This document shows, in pieces, positions 48,588 through 59,250 of a stretch of DNA of 64,000 nt; position 1 is the stretch's first letter; the number at the start of each line of letters is the position of its first letter. Source of the DNA: Callorhinchus milii (lineage: Eukaryota); NCBI RefSeq assembly GCF_018977255.1, contig NW_024704743.1, positions 101,868,001 through 101,932,000 on the forward strand, written 5' to 3'. A program made the translations under genes and the position numbers. The notes under the pieces are model-generated. The model was not told the DNA's origin and made no database searches. It saw only the letters and a program-made list of their open reading frames with translations.

Positions 48588-48807
48588 AATACCAGGGATT
48601 CAGTCCAGTTGACCCCCCCACACTTAACTTAAAAGTTAACCCGTTCGCAACATCTATTATGATTCTAACATTATACAAAAAGTGTAAATTCTAACTTTAT
48701 AGTATATCCTTAAGTGTTTTGAGAGGTCATGATGACATGATAAGGCACTATATTAACTGCAATGCAAATACAGCCTTATTATTATTATAATAATAATTAT
48801 TCTTATT

Positions 48808-49186
48808 GAGTTCTGTAGCTCAGTAGTTAGTGCACTCGTTTCACAAGTGAAAGACCTGGGTTTGATTCTCGGCGAAATGTTAGGCAAGTTTCCTTATTCC
48901 ACACCCCTCTGTTTACTTAGAAGTAAATAGGAATCTGATTGTTCGTTGATTGCAGATCGCTTTCCCAGGGGTAATAATTTGTTATAAAAGATAATTAGAA
49001 AAAAATAATGGTCACTCAATCCACGACTGTTTGTGGGACACTACTGTGCGCAATTGGCTGCTACATTTCGCCCACAAAATATACAGTCAATTCACATTAC
49101 AGTATATTCTGTAAAGCTCCTTGAGACGTCTTGAAGATGTGATAACATGCTATATCAAATGCAAGGATTATTATTATTATTATTAT
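48808..49186 (+). mobile_element. tRNA-Ala-derived SINE, long subfamily
   Basis: GAGTTCTGTAGCTCAGTAGTTAG head; CCTCTGTTTACTTAGAAGTAAATAGGAATC segment; (TTA)n tail. Confidence 0.9.
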
Positions 49187-49264
49187 CATAAGACTATTAT
49201 TTTTAAGATTGTGTAGAATTTGGGAAAATTCTTGAATCTAGTCTTAATTTGGAAACAAATGTTT

Positions 49265-49535
49265 TGCATAGAACCGTAGGAATTTATAGCATTGAAGAAC
49301 TTTGACCCATTGGTCTGTGCTGTCTCTTTTAAGAGCAATCCTTTCAATCACATTTACCAGCCCTTTTCCCATATCCCTGTGGTTTTCTCCCTTTTAGTTA
49401 TTTAATGCTAATGTGAATTCTGCCTCAACTACAGCTTCTGGCAAGACATTCCATATCCAAACTACTCTGTGCTTGAAAATATTTTCTCCTAACCTTCTCA
49501 TTTGCTTGTTTTCTAACCATCTTAAATTAATGCAG
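49265..49535 (-). mobile_element. Degraded CR1 3' fragment
   Basis: CATAGAA tail; GAATTCTGCCTCAACTACAGCTTCTGGCAAGACATTCCATATCC collinear with other CR1 ends. Confidence 0.65.
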
Positions 49536-50099
49536 TCTCATAAAAGAAAAGTGAAAACCTTTAAACTTGAAATTGCAGACATTGAAATAATGTGAAATAA
49601 ACCCTAATGTTTCATTAGACCACTAAACTGAAATACTGAACATCTTTGTTATTGCAATTGATATCAGCAGGCAATAACCTTGAATGAGTTCGAGCACCAA
49701 ACAACTCAACAGATAATATTCACTACTAAAAGCACAGAACAAAGCTTGTAATTGCCCATAGGTCTAAATAAAGACTGCAGAGAGGTTTATAATATTTTAC
49801 TGTGATTGCTTACAGAAGTAAATATGGTATGTGCAGTCAGGCAAACATGTACTGCAGAGCTCAGTTATTGAACGATAGATATATACAGCACAGAAGGCAA
49901 TTCAACCCATCAAGTCTGTCCTAGCTCTTTGAAAGAATAACTGTAGACTTTGTGAAAATGGAGCTTGTCTAAGTGACAAAGATAGACCAGTCAAATCTAG
50001 GAATTTAGTGGAAGCCCAGAACAGATAAAGTAAGTTAGGGTCTGATTCTAAAACAAAATCGATTACCTCTAATATGTGACTCATAAAGCTGTGTCATAA

Positions 50100-50460
50100 A
50101 GCCCTACCTCTCTGACCTCCAAACCCCCTACCAGCCTATTTGCTCCCTCCGCTCAGCGGGCTCTGGCCTGCTTCATGTCCCCCGCCTTGCTTGCCCCACT
50201 ATCGGTGGGTGGGCCTTCCGCCACTCTACACTCACCCTCTGGAACGCCATCCCACAAACTCTCCATCTCGCCCCCTACCTCGCCACCTTCAAGACCCACC
50301 TCAAGACCCTCCTCTTCGACGTGCTTTCGATCTCCCTGCTTCCCTCTCCCCCACTCTGATCCTCAGCTCAGGTCTGTAACTCTGTCTGTCCAGCGCCTTG
50401 GGACGTCCTCCCAATGTGAAAGGCGCTACACAAATGTAATTTTGTTGTTGTTGTGTTGTT
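50100..50460 (+). mobile_element. L2 LINE 3' fragment
   Basis: PYLSDL...PTIGGWAF...LWNAIP; type 1 tail with (TTG)n. Confidence 0.88.
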
Positions 50461-50489
50461 TGACTTTTTCAACTTTATTTCATCTGATC

Positions 50490-50905
50490 CAATACAATAC
50501 AAAATTACATTTGTTTTGCGCCTTTCACATTGGGACGACATCCCAAGGCGCTGGACAGTCAAGGATTTGGACATGGGCTGGGGGTTGGAATCAGGGAGGG
50601 TGGAGTGCAGGGAGGGTAGAAGGGTGGCCAAAGGTGCGATCGAAGAGGAGGGTCTTGAGATGCCTTAAAGGAGGCAAGGGAGGAAGCGAGGCAAAGGTAC
50701 TGTGGGATGGAATTCCAAAGGGTGGGGTCAGAGAGGCTGAAGGCCTGACTGCCGATGGTGGGGCGGGCTGGGCTGGGACATGTCTTGGACTGCAACCTAT
50801 TGAGTGGACGGAGCGAACAGGTTGATATGGAGTCAGTAGGTCACAGAGGTAGGAAGTGGCAAGCCCATGGAAGTCTTTGAAGATGAGGATGAGGATTTTG
50901 ATCTC
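50490..50905 (-). mobile_element. L2 LINE 3' fragment, tail-to-tail with the previous copy
   Basis: IKILILIFKDFHGLATSYLCDLL, PTIGSQAFSLSDPTLWNSIP; type 1 tail. Confidence 0.88.
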
Positions 50906-51969
50906 TAATCTCTGGGCTGATTTGAAAGTAAGAGATAATAATCCTTTTATTTGCATTTGATGATAATAATTGTTAAATTTGATGTGATTATTGTGACTCC
51001 TTGTCACTTGTCACATTATTATTATTATTATTGTCAAAACATCTCAAAGTGCTTCAGAGGAATTTACTGTGAAGCGTAGTGACTATATTTGTAAATGAAA
51101 AAGATTCTGTGTGTTTGTGCAATGGTTTTTAGAGTGCTTGCATAGCTGTACTTTATCTTTTCAGTAATTTAATATGTTTTTAAATAATTTAATTATGGTT
51201 AATAACATTGTTACTTTGATGATGACCAGTTTCAATAGATTTCACAAAGAGTGTGATCATATTGAATATAGGTTCTCATTTTTCTTTGTGGGTTCTTGTG
51301 ACATCCTAATTTTGAGAAAAAATTTAAACACCCTTTGCTTTCAGATATTACATCCTAACCGACAGTAAAGCAGCTTCCCATATTGCCAGAATCGGTGCAA
51401 AGGCTGCCGGCCAAGTGCCTTGGAAACATTACATCTGAGTTAAATATTAATAGCACCACTGCTTTACATGAATATAAATCATGCTGAGCCAGGATTGGCA
51501 CAGTCTGCAAGAACTTTGGCAAATCTGTGGCTTGTCCTTCTACATTGCAGCATAATAGCTCCAGGTCATTTTGAGCACCCCAGCAGCCAATTGAGTTAAT
51601 TGGGACCAACACAATTTGCAATCATTACACTTTACAGTAAACCCAATGAAGCTCTCTGAGATATCCTCCCACACAGTGGTGATTGGGTTGCAAACATCAA
51701 TACTGTTGCTGAGTAAGATGGAGTTTATTTGGTTTTAATCCTGACCAAATCAAAGACATGAAATTTCACCTAGATTTTGCTAAGAAGGCTATATTGTCGT
51801 GATGTTTTAAGTTTGTGCAAACTGTGGAAAATTCTTAAATTCAGTCATAATTTGAAAGCTTTTTTTTTACAGTACAGTAATTAAAACGAACCTGCTTTGA
51901 AAAAAAAATGATTTAAGGATTTTTTAAACAATTCTGTGCAAATTGGCTACCACATGGGTCCATGAAACA

Positions 51970-52862
51970 CAGTCACAGAATCATAGAATCATACAGCACA
52001 GACGGAGGCCATTCGGCCTGTTGTGTCTGTGCCGGCTCTTTGAGCTGAACACAATCCCACTCTCCTGTTCTCTTCCCATAGCCCTGCAGACTTGTCCTCC
52101 CCAAATAATTATCTATTTCTCTCTTAAACGTTGTTATGGAGTCCTGTAGCTCAGTGGATAGAGCACTCTCTTTGCAAGTGAGAGACCTGGGTTCATTTCC
52201 AGGCAGGGCGAAACCTTGGGCAAGTTTCCTTACTCCACACGCCTAATAATAATCCCTCTAAAACCAAAAACAATAGTAAATTGGTCATTTTCAATCTACG
52301 ACTGTTTGTGGGACATTGCTGTGCGCAATTGGCTGCCACGTTCGCCCACAAATATACAGTTAATTCACTTTACAGTGTGTTCTGTGAAGTGCTTTGGGAC
52401 GACCTCCCGATGTGAAAAGCGCTATATCAAATGCAAGGATTATTATTATTATTATTATTATCGAATCTGCTTCCACCATCCTTTCAGGCAATGCATTTCC
52501 AGATCTGAACAACTCACTGTGTGAAAAAAATTCTCCTCACCTCTCCTCTTTCTTTTAACAACTATTTTAAATCGGTGTCCTCGGGTTACTGACCCACCCA
52601 CCAGTGGAAATAGTTTCTCCTTGTGACCCTATCTACCCCCTCATAATTTTGGAAACATCTATTAAGTCTCCTCTTAACATTCTCTGCTCCAAGGAGAACA
52701 ATCCTAGCTTCTCTAGCCTCTCCTTATAACTGAAGTCCCTCATTTCTGGTACCACCCTGGTAAATCTCCTTTGCCTTGACATCCTTCCTAAAGTGTGGTA
52801 CCCAGAACTGAACACAGTACTCTCGCTGATGCCTAACCAGTGTTTTATAAATGTTCATCATA
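51970..52862 (-). mobile_element. CR1 LINE 3' fragment with nested SINE
   Basis: IYKTLVRHQREYCVQFWVPH, YKERLEKLGLFSLEQRMLRGDLI; tail CACAGAATCATAGAATCATA. Confidence 0.92.
52138..52461 (+). mobile_element. Full-length tRNA-Ala-derived SINE, short subfamily, inserted in CR1
   Basis: CR1 sequence TTGTTAT|CGAATCTGCTTCCACC is split by the SINE; (TTA)n tail. Confidence 0.95.
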
Positions 52863-53465
52863 AATGCAAATAACCACAAACAATTCAAATTCAGTTGCTG
52901 CACTTTACAGTACTGTATATGCTGTGAAGTGTTTTGGGACATCCTCCCAATGTGAAAGGTGGTATACCAAATGTAAGGATTATTATTATTAATCTTAATA
53001 GTTAAGACAAAATCATCTTATTGCCGATAAGAATTTATGAACTTAAATATGCAAAGTCAAGCTGTGCAGTTGAGTACGACGACAACGACAACAACTTGCA
53101 TTATATTGCACCCTTCATGCAGAGTAGCGCTTGACAGTGACGGAACCCGAAGCTAAGCTGGAGGGAGGTGATCAACGAGGAAGGTTCTCAGGCGTGACCT
53201 CAAGATTTCCTGAGACCAAAAGAAAACGACTAAAGCCATGTTACATGTGTTTGGAATCATTCCATCATTTGTGAGATTGCTGTAAATATGTTAACTTGAA
53301 ATGTAGTTACAGCTCTAGTTAAGCACTCAGGAACCCAGCCCCGTGTGAAGAGCGCTATGTAAATGCAAGTTGTTGAAATTGTTGAAGTAGTTTACTGAAG
53401 AACAGAGGAAAGAAAGGATTGGGAAATGGTTATTTGACCCATAAAACCCACTTCTCACACAAACG

Positions 53466-53970
53466 TGTTAGCATAAGGTGCGTAAAATTAACATACTAAC
53501 AATGGGTCAAAATGGGTGAGAGGTCATGGAACATGTGATCATGTAATTATGGAGTCAGTACAAAGAAAGAGGAAGTGAAGAAAACGTATGATTTGATATT
53601 TTAATGAGGGATTGTAACATATTCACCAATCATTGAATGGTGTAAGATAGGGTACGTAAAATAACGGATTGTGAATGACTGACAAGAGATTGGTGGAACA
53701 TATAGAGGGAGGGGAATGAGAGTATAAAGACAGGGAGAACAAAGAACGAGGGGCAAGAAAAAGATCGGAGCAGCACGAGTGAAGATTTGATGGAAGATCA
53801 AAAGCTTGAATAACCAGACAAGACAGATATGAACCTCTGCTGAATGTTTCGTCCCGCGGTAACATTGCTTTGTTGTAATCCCTCCATGGTGTAACTTTAT
53901 AAAACTAATAAGCTTGACTTAACAGATTTTACCTATACGGAATGCTGGGTGACCTTTTTGATATCTAACC
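53466..53970 (+). mobile_element. Probable solo LTR
   Basis: About 505 bp bounded by inverted TGTTAG...CTAAC; CCAAT/ATTGG boxes, TATAAAG near 53723, AATAA-like signal near 53906; CpG-richer than flanks. Confidence 0.55.
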
Positions 53971-55085
53971 CATGTACAATCTGCTCTAATGCAAATCAAC
54001 TAATACTTCAGAATGTCTATTGTTACCTTAACAACAACAACAACAACAAAATTACATTTGTATAGCGCCTTTCATGTCGGGAGTACGTCCCAAGGTGTTG
54101 GAGATATCCCAAGGCACTGGGACACCTTAACATCTTTAACACCCAAAATGTTACATCATTCATTCTCGTAGACAAATAAATATAATTACTTTGAATTGAA
54201 ATAAGATTTTTAACTGACATGTGCAATTCAAAAGTTGTGAATTGTAATCATTTGTAATCTAAACATCAATCATGAAGAGTGTGAAACATTCTTCACTGGA
54301 TTTTTTTTACAGGTTCGGCTACTCGACCTTATACATAAACTACATCTTGTGCCTTTGCAGAGTTTAATATCATATGAATGCATGAGTAGAGTGCAATTTA
54401 TGTCCCTATACATGATGTCTTAACTGTAGTCCCAGAATAAAAGCCCCCTTAGGCCAGTGTAAATGATTTCTTCATTCATGAAGAAGGCATCATTATGGTC
54501 CTTGTTTGGCCATTTGTCCAATGCTGCATTTTCTATGATTCCCTGATTCTGTAATCTCAGTGCATTATTCTTAGTCTTGGACATCCATTATTGCAATCTT
54601 GTGGGGGTAGGATAACAAATTTCATGCAATGGTCTCTTATTACATGTTATTAACACAACGAATATCATTAAAAGGTAACTGAACATCGAATGGTTGATCT
54701 CCCGGCGTGATTAGCAAAGTGAAATTTGACTGAGCTTCGCTATTTGAAGATGGCTGATCACCTCTCTTGCCATACAAAAGTAGTAATATTGCTCTCTTGT
54801 GCCATTGGTTGCGGCACTGTGAAACAGAATACATATTTACATTTATATAGTGCCTTTTACATTGAGAGGATGTCCCAAAGCATTTAAGAATACTGGCTTT
54901 ATACCTGAGCCAGAGTGGTAGGTCAGGGTGTTGGAATGGGGAGGGGAATGATGATCAAAAGCTCATGTTAAAGTGTTAGGTTTGGAGACATACTTTGAAG
55001 AAAGTGAAATATGTGAAATCTCTCTGAATTGACATGTTTACTTAATTTGCAGTTCCATAATCTGCCAAAGTATGTGATTCTCATG

Positions 55086-55105
55086 AGAACATTCCAGAAC
55101 GTTCA
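55086..55105. promoter_or_regulatory. Perfect four-unit heat shock element (candidate HSF site)
   Basis: AGAAC-ATTCC-AGAAC-GTTCA equals nGAAn nTTCn nGAAn nTTCn; function untested. Confidence 0.5.
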
Positions 55106-55199
55106 TCTGTCAGAAAACAGATAAAGAGGAAATGATTAAGGTATTGATAATGGATTATTGTGACATGATTAATTATTTCCTAGCGATCTGCTCTCACTT

Positions 55200-55440
55200 T
55201 ATCCACAATAATTACAAAATTGCAAAGAGGAACTTCAGGACAGATACCAGTTTTTCTTTACCCAGAGGATAAATAATGGCTAGAACAAATTGCCAAGAAG
55301 GATGGTTGAGGCCAGGACACTGGACTCATTGAAAAATAGCTTGGTGTTGTGATGGGAGGACAGTGCAGTGTGTATTCTAGAAGGATGAGATCAGATGGTC
55401 TGAAGGGCCTTCTTTATCCAAACTAATCTGTGATCTTGTG
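55200..55440 (+). mobile_element. Degraded CR1 3' fragment
   Basis: RNFRTDT..FFTQRI-like segment; tail GATGGTCTGAAGGGCCTTC...TGTGATCTTGTGA. Confidence 0.6.
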
Positions 55441-55814
55441 AATCTGTCAGGAGCAAGCATGGAATGAATCATTTAGAAGTGATGATCCACATTTATTGTG
55501 CTTGTCACAATCAAGCTAAATATTCATACCTGAACTTTCAATTTGGGAAAGTTAAGTAACTTGGAGGTGAAAATGAGAAGACCCAGGGGCAAAACATTCA
55601 TTCAGTGTTATGTGCAATGCCTTTGCTGATGTATAAGTTTAATGGGATTTCCCATTATAGTCATGTATCAATTCCCATTATAGTCACACATCACCAAAGG
55701 CGCTGAATGGAATTTTTACTCTGGAGTTGTAAATAACTTAGCATTGAGCAAATCGAATCTGCTATTAAACACATTTTTTGCCCCACTGTATGTTCTGGAA
55801 TTTGATTACAAAAA

Positions 55815-55972
55815 AAATTACAAAATTATATCTGTGTAGTGCCTTTCACGTCGGGAGGACACACTGGACAGTCAGGGATTTGGACCCGAGCAGGGGGGTT
55901 GGGATTAGGAAGGGTGGAGGGCAGGGATGGTAGGAGAGTGGTCGAAGGTGTGGTCGAAGAGAAGGGTCTTGA
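55815..55972 (-). mobile_element. L2 3' end fragment
   Basis: GCCTTTCACGTCGGGAGGAC type 1 tail in reverse; GGTCGAAGAGAAGGGTCTTGA. Confidence 0.8.
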
Positions 55973-56380
55973 TTAACGCGATTGTGAAAATCCAGTACAC
56001 CGAATACTATAAACAAATATAAAATTGAATGAGCGATAAAGCTCTTCAGTCTGAGCAAATCAATTTGGGTTATGTGACTTCGTCCTGGGGAAAACAAAAC
56101 AAATGAGGTTGAACCAAACTATTGTAATTACTGTTTGCTATGAAACAGAAATCGAATTGTCAGTGAATGCAAGGTAGCTTGCTGAATTTTGCTACCCTTT
56201 ACAAATGAATTTGGCTGTTGACTTATGATTCCTCAGAAATGTAAGCAATTAATAAATAGAATTTATAGAGGGCACTAATGCTGAAACCGATTCCTGAAAT
56301 TCCACCTAATCCATACCTGTATGCCTAAAATATAAGATTGCACTGAATTGTGGACATTCTTCAGTTCAATTTTATTTTGG

Positions 56381-56790
56381 AACAACAACACCAATAAGAT
56401 TGCATTTATAGAGTGCCTTTCACGTTAGGAGGACATCCCAAGGCACTGGACAGTTGGGTCGGGACTCGAGCAGGAGGAAATGGTCAGGGTGAGAGGAGGG
56501 AAGGGAGGGAGTGAGGAGGGGGTAGAGAGTCGAGAGGGGAGCTGAAGGCACGGTCAAAGAAAAAGGTCTTGAGACCGGCCTTGAAGGTGGAAAGGGAGGA
56601 AGCAAGGCGAAGGCACTGGGGGATGGAGTTCCAGAGCCTAAGGACTGAGAAGCTGAAAGGCCGGCCACCCATGGTAGGGCGGTTAGGGCGGGGGATGTGG
56701 AGCAGACCGGAGCCAGAAGAACGGAGGGTATGGGCAGGTAAGTAGGGGATAGTAGGTCAGCGAGGTAGGAGGGTGCAAGGCCGTGAATGG
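56381..56790 (-). mobile_element. 5'-truncated L2 LINE (tail type 1)
   Basis: IHGLAPSYLADLLSP, MGGRPFSFSVLRLWNSIPQCLRLASSLSTFKAGLKTFFFDRAF. Confidence 0.93.
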
Positions 56791-56852
56791 AAGCTGCTTG
56801 TTTGCATATGTCAGACATCTGGCTGACTGAAAAGAAACCACAGCGAGGTCAT

Positions 56853-57123
56853 GGGTTCAATTCCAGGCAGGGCGACACCTTGGGCAAGTTTCCTTACTCC
56901 ACACGCCTAATAATAATCTCTCCAAAACAAAACCATAACACATTGGTCATTTTCAATCCACGACTGTTTGTGGTACACTGCTGTGCGCAATTGGCTGCCG
57001 CGTTTCGCCCACAAATATACAGTCAATTCACTTTACAGTGTATTCTGTGAAGCGCTTTGGGACGTCCTCCTGACGTGAAAAGCGCTATATCAAATGCAAG
57101 GATTATTATTATTATTATTATTA
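56853..57123 (+). mobile_element. tRNA-Ala-derived SINE, short subfamily, 5'-truncated
   Basis: GGGTTCAATTCCAGGCAGGGCG...ACGCCTAATAATAATC; (TTA)n tail. Confidence 0.93.
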
Positions 57124-57264
57124 GGCTGAATCACATAAGACAGCAAGCAACTTAGAAAAAAACAGTTTGAAAGAACCCACAATTTGATTTTAATTTTTCC
57201 ACATCTGTTAAAAATGGGGAAAGTAGGAATAAATACAGGCACAACCATAAACAACCTCCATCTT

Positions 57265-58194
57265 TAACTCCCTTGTCCCCCTAAAATCCAGGACCATCTC
57301 CAAACCCACCCAATCCCCCTGGTACAACAACCATCTCCGCTGCCTAAAGACCCAAACCTGTCTGCTCGAGCGCAGATGGTGGAAAACTGGCCTGACAGTT
57401 CACCGCCAACTGTGGGTCGACCATCTCCACAGCTATCATCGTTCTTTGACACTCGCAAAAATGGCCTTCTACTCCAACATCATTTTGGAGGCTAAACACA
57501 ACCCCACCTCCTCCATGCCCCCCCTCAGGCCTCCTCAATCTTCGTATCAAATGCCAAGTGCGAGGAAGTCATGGACTTCTTTTCATCTAAAATACTTAAC
57601 ATCCGCCAGGCACCCTCATCCACCTGCCCCTTGTCACCCACCACCACGCCCTCTCTGTCCCCCTCACCTTACTCATCATTTGCTCCTACCACCACCTCCA
57701 TTTTACATTTCTTCCTCCCCATCTCTCCCTCCTCCCTCTCATCCACCATCACATTTGCACAAACGGCTTCGCCTCCCGCTCTCACCTGTGGGGTACCCCA
57801 AGGATCCATCCTTGGCCCCCTCCTCTTTCTGATCAATATGCTCCCTCTCGGGGATGTCATGCCACCTCTCTGACCTCCTCTCTCCTCAAAACAGTACCCG
57901 TTGCCTTCGTTCCTCGGGTCTGGGCGCCTCCTCATCCCCCGAGTCATCCGCTCCACCCTTGGCGGCTGTGCCTTCAGCCACTATGCCCCGAGGGTCTGGA
58001 ACTCACTTCCTCACTCCCTTCGTCTCGCCTCCTCCCTTCCCATTTCCAGGTCTCTGCTGAAGACTTTTCTTTTCGACCGCACCTTTGGTCACCTTCCTCC
58101 CCCTCCCCCTGGCTCGGCCCCGGGATCCGTTACTGTAAAGCGCTCTGAAACGCCGTGGAGGGTGCTATATAAATCCAAGTTGTTGTTGTTGTTG
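57265..58194 (+). mobile_element. Multiply deleted L2 LINE (tail type 3)
   Basis: AKMAFYSNIILE, CGVPQGSILGPLLFLINMLPLGD, STLGGCAFSHYAPRVWNSLP; tail GCGCTCTGAAACGCCGTGGAGGGTGCTATATAAATCCAAG(TTG)n. Confidence 0.88.
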
Positions 58195-58944
58195 TATATG
58201 TTTCTGAGATTGCCAATCAGATGTGATTGTATAAGGTGACTAAAGGAATAGTCTTCACTTTCAATAGTGATCACTTTGATAGCATTAAAGTCCTGTGATC
58301 TGTATTAGCCCAGTGCAGGTTTAGGACTGAACAGCCACTTCCAAGGTGGTAGAGTGCCACACAATTAGTCTATTGGTCTGGAAAGAAAATACTGAATGAA
58401 AATACGATTTGATCTTTAAATGATAACAGTAGGATTGACAAATTTAGCACTATACAGTTCTTCAAAATCATTAAAGTGGTAGAATTAGTGCTTTTAACAA
58501 TGGCAGTATAAGCAGTGCATTGATTCTTAAAAGGCAAATGAATAGAATTTATAAGTGCGGCACTTTCAAGGTGTCTGGCGAAGAATCAATGGATCAATAC
58601 AGTGCAGTAAATAAATAACATGGTAATGAGCAACACTGGCAGGAATAGCAGCATAGGGCAGGTTGTACATTCATTGTAATGGAAACAATAATCTGTTAAT
58701 ATGTTTTAGGGAGGCATGGGCATGATGTGATACATCAAGTTATAATAATAACAATTGATAACTCAGGGATGTTCTGCAGATGCATCGACTGCAATTTGAA
58801 TTTATGCATGCATTACTGTGAAATATTCTGCAAAACGTGTCAGAACACATTTCAGGAGGTTCGGTATGATGAGAGACTGTATTGTATCTCCAAAGTCTGC
58901 GTGACATGCAGAAAATATAGTTTGTTTTACAGGCACTTTCTTTA

Positions 58945-59250
58945 GCAGCTTGGCTCAGTTGGTAGCACTCTCATCTTTGAGTCAGAAGGGTGTGAGTTCA
59001 AGCCCTACATTGGGATTTTGAGTTCAAAGTCCAGGCTGATACTCCAGTACAGTGCTTGGGAAACATTAAACCGAGGCCCTATCTCGTAGACATTAAAAAT
59101 TCCATGGCATGATTTGAAAAGAGTTTATTCTGGTGTTCAATTGGCTGCTACTTTAATCTCCTGAAATATACAGTTGCTACAGTAAATTCTTGTGAAGTAC
59201 TGTGGGATGTCCTCCAGACATCAAATACAAGGATTATTATTACTGATATT
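58945..59250 (+). mobile_element. Old Deu-domain SINE (deleted)
   Basis: GCTTGGCTCAGTTGGTAGCACTCTC...GAGTTCAAGCCC; ACATTAAACCGAGGCCCTATC. Confidence 0.78.

Larger units (their letters stand above)
46932..48695 (-). mobile_element. Internally deleted Ty3/Gypsy LTR retrotransposon
   Basis: Complete 3' LTR 46932-47495, PPT, integrase remnant and a 97-bp 5' LTR stub 48599-48695; probable ACTT target duplication; splits a SINE tail. Confidence 0.9.

Noticed and set aside
58727..58945. Cys-rich ORF resembling a B-box/zinc finger
   Set aside because: Cys/His spacing does not fit a defined finger, splice signals are weak, and TG-rich DNA gives Cys by chance
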